From assembly GCA_963845085.1 (NCBI GenBank), contig CAWJQI010000005.1, forward strand, positions 64,502-128,501: a DNA stretch of 64,000 nucleotides. The letters are read 5' to 3'. Positions 15,139 through 23,389 of the stretch are shown here, in pieces (position 1 is the first letter of the stretch; each line of letters opens with the position of its first letter). Origin of the DNA: Candidatus Fermentibacterota bacterium (lineage in GTDB: Bacteria; Fermentibacterota; Fermentibacteria; Fermentibacterales; JCC-6). A model generated the notes under the pieces. That model did no database searches and was not told the origin of the DNA. It saw nothing but the letters and a program-made list of their open reading frames with translations. The translations under genes and the position numbers were made by a program.

Positions 15139-16845
15139 CTACCGCAACAGGCACACCGACTTCGATGCGGTTCCCATGGGACCCGAGACGCGAATGGCGT
15201 ATATGCCAGCGGGCAGAAGGCACCCGGAATCGTCGGCCCCATCCCAGGAAAGGGTCTGCGGACCGGTCGTGAACTCACCGCTTCCGATGGTTCTCACAAG
15301 CCTTCCCGCGAGGTTGAAGACCTGAACGGAATAGTGGCCGGACTGCAGCGGCTCGAAGGACACCGCCGTACCTGAGGCAAAGGGGTTCGGGCTGACATCG
15401 AGTGTCAGGTTCCGGGGGTCTCCGGGATCCGTCCCGATTCCGGTCTGCGTCACAGTGAACTGTATGGTGTCGCTTGCGGCAACGGCACCCCCCGACCATG
15501 AGTCGATGATGAGTTCGTTGCTTCCGACATCGGCGAAGAGATCGTTTCGGTAGGTCCACTTCAGGCCTGTGCCGAAAGCGTAGAGGCTGTCGTCCGACGC
15601 GGCGATGTACATCACGCCGTCGGTGATGGCAGGGCTGCCGGCAATGCCGAACCAGCTGGTACCCACTTCGTAGTTCCAGACTTCCTGGCCGGTCTCCTCA
15701 TCGACTGCGCGGATGAACGACGTCGAGTCTGGAGTACCATCTCCCCAGAACACCAGGCCGTCGGCGACACCTGCGGATCCGTGCAGCCAGTCATCCCCTT
15801 TCGGGATCAGGAACTCCCATTCGACGGCTCCGGTTCCAGAGTCGAGGGCAAAAACAGGATTCAGAGCCGGTGGCGGGTAGTCGACACCGAAAAACACCCT
15901 GCCGTCATGATAGGCGGGGGTCGATGTTATCGCCCCCAGTTCAGGCGTCTGCCAGACCAGCGATCCGTCAAGGGCATCGATGGCGTAAAGACATTTGTCG
16001 TATTCGCTTCCGTCCACTACGCTTCCGATGTAGATCACGCCGTCAAAGAGGCATGGAGACGAGTCCCAGTAGGTTCCATGATCGAAAAACCATACTGTCT
16101 CGCCGGTTTCGGTGTCCAGGGCGGTGAGTCCGTTCATCCCCGGTACGAACAGAAGGCCGTTCCAGGCAGTCATTACGCTGACGGTACCGACTGGTGCGCT
16201 CCACACCACCTCGCCGGTGGAAAGCCCAAGAGCATATACGGAATCACCTGATGCATAGACCATGTCATCGTAGACAGCGGGAGGCCCGGCAAAGTAGTAG
16301 TCCGGCCCGGATCCAAACCCGAATTCCCAGACCCTGGCACCTGTTTGAGCATCGAGGCAGTACACTGAATCCGCCGCCAGAAACGCGTACCCGTCCTGGA
16401 CATGCATGCCGTCATCAGTCCAGCCCCCAAGGCCCTCAAAATGCCAGATCTCTTCTCCTGTTGCGGCATCGAGGCAGAACGCGGTCTGCTGCTCCGTCGA
16501 GTTGAAGTACACCCTTCCGTCGACAATTACAGGCGTGGCGAACTCATGTTCCGATCCGGTGACGGGCGCTGTCCACATCACCGTGTTGTCGTGCGGCGCC
16601 GGAGATTCGGAGTAACCCGTACGGCAGTTGTTCGCCATGTAGGTGTACCAGTCGGTGACAAGCCGTGGAACAGGAGCAAACGGCTCCCCGTTCAGGGAGA
16701 AAACGACCGAGTCGGGCAGCTCGTTGTCGTTTTCGACAATTGCTTTCAATGTGAGCCAGCTGCCGTCGTAGACGCCCCCGTCCTGGGGTTCAACGACTGA
16801 GACGCCAATCGTCGCCGCTGCGGCAAGCAACAAAAGAGTGCTCAT
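15139..16845 (-). CDS. PQQ-like beta-propeller repeat protein with T9SS/FlgD-Ig C-terminal sorting domain
   Basis: Signal peptide (MSTLLLLAAAATIGVSV). Repeated motifs of the form 'G..vW.f....' (GEEIWHF, GARVWEF, GEVVWSA, GETVWFF, GSLVWQT, GAVEWEF, GQEVWNY). C-terminus is SPNPFASGTAVSFE...VQVFNLAGRLVRTI...LPAGIYAIRV. The track start at 16950 lies inside the promoter. Confidence 0.8.
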   Translation of the reverse strand: MSTLLLLAAAATIGVSVVEPQDGGVYDGSWLTLKAIVENDNELPDSVVFSLNGEPFAPVPRLVTDWYTYMANNCRTGYSESPAPHDNTVMWTAPVTGSEHEFATPVIVDGRVYFNSTEQQTAFCLDAATGEEIWHFEGLGGWTDDGMHVQDGYAFLAADSVYCLDAQTGARVWEFGFGSGPDYYFAGPPAVYDDMVYASGDSVYALGLSTGEVVWSAPVGTVSVMTAWNGLLFVPGMNGLTALDTETGETVWFFDHGTYWDSSPCLFDGVIYIGSVVDGSEYDKCLYAIDALDGSLVWQTPELGAITSTPAYHDGRVFFGVDYPPPALNPVFALDSGTGAVEWEFLIPKGDDWLHGSAGVADGLVFWGDGTPDSTSFIRAVDEETGQEVWNYEVGTSWFGIAGSPAITDGVMYIAASDDSLYAFGTGLKWTYRNDLFADVGSNELIIDSWSGGAVAASDTIQFTVTQTGIGTDPGDPRNLTLDVSPNPFASGTAVSFEPLQSGHYSVQVFNLAGRLVRTIGSGEFTTGPQTLSWDGADDSGCLLPAGIYAIRVSGPMGTASKSVCLLR

Positions 16846-16921
16846 ATGCCCATCCTTCGTTTGAGTGCCTGACCGGGCTGCTCCGGATAGGGTGCAAGCC
16901 GGGTTCCTGATCACATGAAAG

Positions 16922-16950
16922 TATATAAAATGGGCTACTGTCCCAGTCAA
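16922..16950 (-). promoter_or_regulatory. sigma70-like promoter TTGACT-17-TATATA upstream of the PQQ-propeller gene
   Basis: -35 at 16950-16945 and -10 at 16927-16922, with an exact 17-nt spacer. It lies about 75 nt upstream of the ATG at 16845. Confidence 0.45.
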
Positions 16951-17126
16951 TTGTCACTATAAAGCGGTGTCATTCAACTGTCATGTGCAACGACAAGCAT
17001 CTTTCGAGGGCGATCAGGGAAGATAACGAGCACTGTCCGTGCTGCAGATTCGTACGAAATCAGGCGTTGTACAGGTGATTCCGTTCAGCCCGTTAAATGG
17101 CAGTGAACGGAATGCCGGAGGGGGTC

Positions 17127-18269
17127 TCAGCAGACCACCGAGACCGCCGAGGCAAGGGAGTTGATCCCCAGGGGCGAAGGCACCACGGCGAATTTAAGCC
17201 CCTCGGGAGTGTCGTGCGGGGTTTCGCGCGAGGAAACAGCAACAAGCCCGGTTTTTGTGTTCAGAAGATGATCGACAAGGCTTTTGAACTCGGGGGGGTT
17301 CTCCTGCTCGAGAAGCACGAAGAGAAACCGTTCCGGCGTCTCCTCGAGAAGGATCAGGGCGCTCGATACGCTGTCAACGCTCACGGCGGTAAAGCCAAGC
17401 ATCTTCAGCATGCCCTCGGCGGCCGAGTCACCGCTCGGGTCGATGCTGAGCACCGTTCTTCTGATGGTCGCACTGAGTTTTCCCGTTCTGGCCTGGACCT
17501 TGTCCGCGGGAACCTCGCGGCTGCGGCGGGAGGAGAAAACGAGCATGGCGCGGTTGTTTCCACCCGAGATAAGCCGAACATCAACATCACCCCTCAGCGA
17601 GATGTCCTTCGCGCCGGACTCGGCTCCAAGGGAGATCGCGGTCTCAACAAGCCTGGCGGCCTCGACCGGCGGGAAAAGCTCGGATATCGAACAGCCCGGC
17701 TTCACCTTCCCCTGCAGAAAGGCCGGAAGTGAGCCCTGTGCTTCGAGCACTATCATGTCGCGCTCTATCACGCTTCCGGCTATCTCGGTGAAGATGTAGG
17801 CGGTTCCGCTCTCAACGAGAGCACGCCGGAAGACACCGAGACCGGCTTCGGTTTCGTTTCCATGGTCGCCCCGGAACAGCGTTGCATCGATCAGAAGCAT
17901 GATCTCAGCGGTTCTGCCCCTGATCTCGACTTTGCGCGAGAAAACCATGACCTTCACGCGGGCGCCCCCGGCGTCACGCAGCACGCCCTTCACCGCGCCA
18001 GAGAGACCCGCCTTTCCCTCAGGCGTTATCCCAAGGCCCGCATCGGCAAGGGTGCGGCCGAGCAGTTCGTTGACAGGGGTTCCGAAAAGGTCTGCGGCCT
18101 GGTCGTTCAGGAACAGTACCTGTCCGGACTGCACATCCCTGACGCAAACCGCAGCGGGAACGTTTCGGAGAAGCAGGTTGATCCCCTCGGGGTCGGGCGT
18201 GAACGTGATAAGCGTGGGGTCGTCAAACGCCCTCAGGTATCCGAGAAGCTTTTCTGCGCGTTCGTTCAA
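17127..18269 (-). CDS. PAS-like sensor protein with a C-terminal degenerate receiver-like domain
   Basis: PAS-like segment: VPAAVCVRDVQSGQVLFLNDQAADLFGTPVNELLGRTL. The C-terminus has receiver topology (VLSIDPSGDSAAEGMLKMLGF...FVLLEQENP) but the acidic pocket and phospho-acceptor positions are substituted. Confidence 0.5.
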   Translation of the reverse strand: MNERAEKLLGYLRAFDDPTLITFTPDPEGINLLLRNVPAAVCVRDVQSGQVLFLNDQAADLFGTPVNELLGRTLADAGLGITPEGKAGLSGAVKGVLRDAGGARVKVMVFSRKVEIRGRTAEIMLLIDATLFRGDHGNETEAGLGVFRRALVESGTAYIFTEIAGSVIERDMIVLEAQGSLPAFLQGKVKPGCSISELFPPVEAARLVETAISLGAESGAKDISLRGDVDVRLISGGNNRAMLVFSSRRSREVPADKVQARTGKLSATIRRTVLSIDPSGDSAAEGMLKMLGFTAVSVDSVSSALILLEETPERFLFVLLEQENPPEFKSLVDHLLNTKTGLVAVSSRETPHDTPEGLKFAVVPSPLGINSLASAVSVVC

Positions 18270-18299
18270 GTCGGTCTCCTTAAGACCTGAAAACTCTTT

Positions 18300-19911
18300 T
18301 CACAAAGCCTCTCCGTCAAGCCCCGTCCCGCGCATGGACAGAGCCGTGGCAGCTGCCAGCCTGACCTGCCCCGAAGGCATTCTCAGGAACGGTTTGAGGA
18401 ACGCACCGGGCGGAACACCAGGGCCTTTTGAAAGCCAGATCAGAAAGCGCGCGATCGCATGTGGAGCAAGGGATGCATCAGCCCGGGCAAGCCTTGATGC
18501 AACCCTTCCCGCGCAGGAGGCGTCGGCCGGGACCGACCTCGATTCGAGAAGCTCTACCAGCTGCAGGAAAAGGTCTCCTTCCGCGCTGCCAAGCCACCTT
18601 CTGAGTGCCGAGCGGGTCCCGTCGGACAGTTCGCGCGGAAACACCGAAAGAAGCCGGAGGCCTTTCCTCTCCAGTGAGGTTACCGCGAGTTCCTCAAGCA
18701 GTGCCAGCTTCTCCGGGGATACCCCGTCAAGCCTTATGTTTTCGGGGATCACGCCGCGGCGAAGCACCTCGGATGCCGCGAGGTCGCCGCCGACTGCGCA
18801 AAGCGCCTTGAATGCCTCAGCCCCGGGCTCGTACCCGGGATCAAGGCAGAGGTCGTGCAGAAGCACAGCTGATCGGGGGTCGCCGATGAGTGCGAGGCCC
18901 TCGAGTGCAGCGGTTCTCTCCGGGAGGGTGTTCAGGGGGTAGGAACAGGTTCTCCTTGCGGCCGTTACAAGCGTGTCGAGCCCGCCCTTGTACAAGGCCC
19001 TGCCCATGCCCCTGTATACGGCCCTTCTTACCCAGGTGCTGGGGTCTTCGGCCAGCTTTGCAATAATCGGGCCCGCACTTCTGCCGTGCGCCAGCACAAG
19101 ACCCTCCACGGCGCGGGTGCGCACGTGAGGGCTGCTGTCCTTCATGGCCAGCATGAGGGCCCCTATGGCCTCTTCTCCGCCGATCCTTCCAAGCGAAAGG
19201 GCGGCGCTCTTCCTGAGGTTCCAGCCGTAACCGCCCTCGAGTATCCTCTTCACCACCGGCACGGCCTTCTTCTCCCTGAGTATTCCCGCGGCTTCAAGCA
19301 GTGCCTTTACATCACGTTCCGACATCGCCTCGAAACGGCCCTCTTCGAGAAGTGGGTGGAGCTCGCCCGGAACGGGAACGCCCCTGAGCCTCGCCTTCAG
19401 GAACCCCGCCCTCCTGCAGAGGTCCTCAACGGATTCATGCCTGTCAACCGCCGTGATCAACACAACGGTCAGGTCAAGGAAGGGGAAAAACCTGTAACCA
19501 CCGTATCGGTCGAATGTTTCTATGCCGCCCGCATCCCGGTCGCGACTCGTGTAGAAGCCCGGGGCGACAGCCCTGAATTCGAGCCTGGCCTTCTCCACGC
19601 TGTCCCTGAAGCCCTGTCCCGACCCGGCGCAGACGAAGTCATCACCACCGACATGGCCGGTGAAGTGCGGAGCGACCATCTCAAGCAGGATTTCGCCGAG
19701 TCTCCGGATCACCGAATCCCCGAGGGAGAGCCCGTAATGGTCATTGAAGGGCTTGAACCCGGTGATGTCCAGGAATGCGGCGATACCGCCCTTCCCGATC
19801 ACGGTTCCTTCCAGGGCTTTTCTGATGGTTCTGTTGCCCGGAAGACCTGTCAGCGGATTTCTGTCAGACTGGGGTGACAGGGCTGCACGCTCGAATGAAA
19901 GTGGTGTTCAT
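18300..19911 (-). CDS. GGDEF-domain (GGDDF variant) protein fused to HEAT/PBS-lyase repeats; 5' end frame-disrupted or non-canonically initiated
   Basis: FLDITGFKPFNDHYGLSLGDSVIRRL...HVGGDDFVCAG is a GGDEF core. HEAT-like repeats follow (ALSLGRIGGEEAIGALMLAMKDSSPHVRTRAVEGL). Upstream of the track's GTG (19802) the same frame still reads SDRNPLTGLPGNRTIRKALE. The only ATG with a good RBS (GGGAGG, ATG at 19911) is in the adjacent frame. Confidence 0.6.
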
Positions 19912-19971
19912 GACGACACCTCCCGGCAGTAGGCATTACCCGACTTTCTTTACATAGGCATGACAAAATAA

Positions 19972-20922
19972 TCAGTCAAGTGGAGGCTTGTCGGGTTTTC
20001 CTGCCGAAAGCAGGCAGTCGAGAACCGCTCCCTGAACCACTATGCCACCCGGCTGGCCCCGTTCGTCGAGAACCACGGCCGCCCCGGCGCCGGAACGCCA
20101 CAGGTCGAGCAGTACATTCAGGGGGACGGCGTCTTCGCTGTACGCCGGTATGCCGGTCAGCATCCTGCCGGGGTTCCAGGCGCCGCCGCTCTTCAGAACA
20201 GCCCTGCTTTCGATGATTCCGGAAAGGGTGCGCCCGACGCCCTCGAAAACAAGAAGAAAGTCGGATCCGGATTCTACGATTTTCTGGACCGCCTGCTGTC
20301 TCGAGGTTGCCAGGGTGATGAAGGGGAAATCCGAAACAGGGCGCGAGTGTGAACGGATGCTTCCCCCGCCGAGTTCGATGGCGTCCCATGCCATGCGTCC
20401 CTCGTGGCCGCCCGCCATCTCGAGAAGGCTCCTCACCTCGCCGCGGCTCTCGAAAAAGCGGCTTATCGATGGCTTGCCTGCGATCAGGGTTGCAAAGAAG
20501 CCCGCCGAAGCGATGATTGGGAAGAAAAGCACCCTCAGGACCACGAGCACGGGGGAGAGCGGGCTGGTGAGTGAATCGGCCCTGACAAGAGCGTTCTGCT
20601 TGGGCACTATCTCGGCGAACACAAGAAGGAAAAGTGTAGTGACGAGCACCTGAACGGTAGAGAAAACAGGCTCGAGGCCGGCAACCCATCCGGAGGTGAT
20701 GCTCGATGCCAGGACCACGCCGATGTTGGTCCCCACAAGGGTGGTGGTGAGGTAGCGAGAGGGCACTCTGAGAAACCAGAGTGCTATCCTCGCAAGAGGT
20801 TTTCCGGCTTCCGCTGCGGCAGCCGTTCTAATCCTGCCGGCCGCCGAGAACGCCGTTTCGGTGAAGCTGCAGACGGCCGCCAGCGCCACGGCGACAAGGC
20901 AGAGGAGCACCTCGCCGATCAT
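19972..20922 (-). CDS. CNNM/DUF21 transmembrane domain + CBS-pair protein (HlyC/CorC family)
   Basis: The N-terminus (FTETAFSAAGRIR...) is a DUF21-type membrane domain, followed by a CBS-like region. No CorC_HlyC tail is obvious. Confidence 0.7.
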   Translation of the reverse strand: MIGEVLLCLVAVALAAVCSFTETAFSAAGRIRTAAAAEAGKPLARIALWFLRVPSRYLTTTLVGTNIGVVLASSITSGWVAGLEPVFSTVQVLVTTLFLLVFAEIVPKQNALVRADSLTSPLSPVLVVLRVLFFPIIASAGFFATLIAGKPSISRFFESRGEVRSLLEMAGGHEGRMAWDAIELGGGSIRSHSRPVSDFPFITLATSRQQAVQKIVESGSDFLLVFEGVGRTLSGIIESRAVLKSGGAWNPGRMLTGIPAYSEDAVPLNVLLDLWRSGAGAAVVLDERGQPGGIVVQGAVLDCLLSAGKPDKPPLD

Positions 20923-22163
20923 GGAGCCACCCGCCTGACAAGCAGGTGGGTTATCCTGCTCTCGGTTGCCGATTCAACCCGAAACTCGAGGTTTCCGGTG
21001 CGGAAGCTCTCACCGGGTCCAGGGATGCGCCCGGACATCTCCTCGACGAACCCTCCGCAGGACTCCGCCCAGCGGCTTTCGGGAGCTTCGCCCACAATGC
21101 GGGCGAGGCTTTCCAGGGCAAGCCCGGCCGGCACAAGAAAACCGTCACGCCTTCTTCTGACACCGACGGGGATAAGGGCACCGGCCGGATCGAACACCGC
21201 ACGGGCAAGAATGTCGTTCTCGGTTATTATCCCGCTCCAGTCGCCGTACTCATCAACCACAACACCGAGGCCTCCGCTGTTCCTGCGCAGCTCTCTCAGG
21301 GCGTGGTCAAGCGATGCAGTCTCAGGGAAGAACTCGACGCCCCTGATCACGACTTTCTCGGTACCCAGAAGATCACGGATGTGGATCATCCCCCTGATCT
21401 CCTCGCCTGGTCCCTCAACGAGGGGGTATTTCATGAAGGGGTTCGATCTCGCCTCGGTCTGCATCCTGGCGAGGCTCCACTCCATTCTCATGACCACCGT
21501 CTCCCTGCGGGGGACCATCACGCTTGAACACTGACGATCTCCGAGGGAGAGCACGGCGCCCGCAACAATGGCTTCCTCGCCAACAACTCCGTCGCCGCGT
21601 GCCATCTCCACGAGGGTGATTATCTCGTCCCTGTTGAGATGCCTTCCGGTCTCGGCCTTGATCGACATCTTTTCGAGGAGCCTGCTCAACGGCGCTGCCA
21701 GTACTGTCACGGGGGAAATGACGGGCGCGGCGAGGAGCGCCCACTTCTCATTGTTGTACCGGGCGAATGTTTTGGGGGTGATCTCCCCGAGAACGAGCAG
21801 GACGAAGGTCATCACAAGCACCCCGAGGCCGAAGCCAAGGGCTCCCGGGAAGACCGCCCTGGTCACTGTTGCGCTCACGGCTCCGATGGCCACGTTCACC
21901 AGGGTGTTGCCCATGAGTATGGCCGAGAGCAGCCTGCCCGGGTTGCCCAGGACCTTCAACACCCTTCTGCCGGTGTCGGAGCCCTTCAGCCGCTGTTTCT
22001 GAACACTGTCGAGGCTGAAGAAAGCCGTCTCGGTCCCGCTGAAGAAGGCGGAAAGTGCAAGGAGAAAGAAAAGGAGTAGCGCCTCTTTCAGAGACCCCGC
22101 TCCCCCCTCGTAATGGAATCGGGCTGCACCGTGGGCTGCCCCAGGGTGAAGACCTCCCTCCAT
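20919..22163 (-). CDS. CNNM/DUF21 + CBS + CorC_HlyC transporter-associated domain protein
   Basis: FFSGTETAFFSLDSVQKQRL (DUF21), a CBS pair, and a C-terminal CorC-like domain (FRTGNLEFRVESATESRITHLLV). The start is uncertain because the track ATG overlaps the upstream gene by 76 nt. Confidence 0.7.
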   Translation of the reverse strand: MEGGLHPGAAHGAARFHYEGGAGSLKEALLLFFLLALSAFFSGTETAFFSLDSVQKQRLKGSDTGRRVLKVLGNPGRLLSAILMGNTLVNVAIGAVSATVTRAVFPGALGFGLGVLVMTFVLLVLGEITPKTFARYNNEKWALLAAPVISPVTVLAAPLSRLLEKMSIKAETGRHLNRDEIITLVEMARGDGVVGEEAIVAGAVLSLGDRQCSSVMVPRRETVVMRMEWSLARMQTEARSNPFMKYPLVEGPGEEIRGMIHIRDLLGTEKVVIRGVEFFPETASLDHALRELRRNSGGLGVVVDEYGDWSGIITENDILARAVFDPAGALIPVGVRRRRDGFLVPAGLALESLARIVGEAPESRWAESCGGFVEEMSGRIPGPGESFRTGNLEFRVESATESRITHLLVRRVAP

Positions 22164-23389
22164 GTCTTCCGGAAGTACGTGCGGCTTGAATACGTAGCCT
22201 CACCGGTAATAACAAGGGTGTACTCCCCGGCAGGCGAGTGCTCGCCCCCGAGAGTGGTACCGTCCCAGCTGTAACTGAACTGCCCGACCGGCGTGTGCCC
22301 GGTTCTGAGGTTCCTCACAACCGAGCCCTGCGCATCGAGGATGTTGACAATGAGAATTGTGGGCTCGGTGAGAAGGCCCGAGACCGTCAGTCCCCTGTCC
22401 CGGGGACGGATCACGAGGTTCCTCATGTCGGTGCCGACCCAGAAATAGCGCGCTCCGGCCCTCTCAGCTACAAAAACCTGCCCGAAGCGGGTCCAAATCG
22501 CAATGCCGGTCGGGTGCTCGAACTGATCGTCATCGCTCCCGAATCCCCTGCCGTAGCTTGCGAGATACTCAAGGGACGGGCTGAATTTGTGAATCTTCGA
22601 GCTGATCGAATCGGTCACCCATACATTTCCGTGATAATCGATCGCCGGGTAGTTGAAAAAGGAACCACCGCAGTCGGATGGTGTAACCCTCTGAACGACC
22701 CGCCCGTTCTCGACCCTGACGAGGGCCATTCCGTCATCCACAACAACCGCCTGGAAGGCGGTGTGACCGCTGGTCCACCTTTCATTGCCGGTGGCCGCCA
22801 CGCCTCTCGGGTGGTTGAGTGCGATCACCTGCGGGTTGGCGTCGCTGGTCGAAGCATACCTGTAGAGGGCTCCGCCGGCCCTGTCGGTTACCCAGATCGC
22901 CCTTCCGTCAGCCGCGACCCCCCAGGGTTCGTCGAGCCCTGTGATGTAGCTGGTGGGCTTGATCCTGGCACCCCTTCTGGAAAGGACGGCGACCCTTCCG
23001 TTGCCGGTGTCGGCCACGTAGATCTCGCCCGCGATCGTTGCCGCAATGCCGTGCGGTGCGGAGAGCCTGTCCTCCTGGCTGCCTCCGCCGTCATAGTATC
23101 CGAGGGTGTACATCGAGGCGTTGTAGAGGATCTGGCCGGCCCGGCTGTTGACGCCGTAGACCGCCAGTTCATCGTCATCGCCGGCTTCGGGCGCATCCCA
23201 CTCGGCCAGCTTGACCGCCGCCATCCCCTGGGGGTCGTTGAACCTCACCATTCCGCCCAGAAGCATGTTCAACTGCTCCGGCCCGGCCCTGTAGATCCCC
23301 ATGCAGTGCCCGTATGGCGGATAAACCAGGGTGCTGGGATGATCCGGCTCAACGGTAAAGGCCAGAAGCGCCATCAGCAGCAGAGTCAT
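22088..23389 (-). CDS. NHL-repeat beta-propeller protein with an Ig-like C-terminal domain
   Basis: NHL-like blades (PHGIAATIAGEIYVADTGNGRVAV, PWGVAADGRAIWVTDRAGG, PTGIAIWTRFGQVFVAERAGA). The C-terminal beta-sandwich resembles FlgD-Ig (IVNILDAQGSVVRNL...FSYSWDG...PAGEYTLVI). Confidence 0.7.
   Translation of the reverse strand: MTLLLMALLAFTVEPDHPSTLVYPPYGHCMGIYRAGPEQLNMLLGGMVRFNDPQGMAAVKLAEWDAPEAGDDDELAVYGVNSRAGQILYNASMYTLGYYDGGGSQEDRLSAPHGIAATIAGEIYVADTGNGRVAVLSRRGARIKPTSYITGLDEPWGVAADGRAIWVTDRAGGALYRYASTSDANPQVIALNHPRGVAATGNERWTSGHTAFQAVVVDDGMALVRVENGRVVQRVTPSDCGGSFFNYPAIDYHGNVWVTDSISSKIHKFSPSLEYLASYGRGFGSDDDQFEHPTGIAIWTRFGQVFVAERAGARYFWVGTDMRNLVIRPRDRGLTVSGLLTEPTILIVNILDAQGSVVRNLRTGHTPVGQFSYSWDGTTLGGEHSPAGEYTLVITGEATYSSRTYFRKTWREVFTLGQPTVQPDSITRGERGL

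Noticed and set aside
12046-17000. Calling the lower-GC segment a mobile element or integrated prophage.
   Set aside because: No integrase, transposase, recombinase or phage gene is present, and I could find no convincing flanking direct repeats by eye. Only ATCTGC is shared at the two islet edges. It is reported as an accessory islet hypothesis only.
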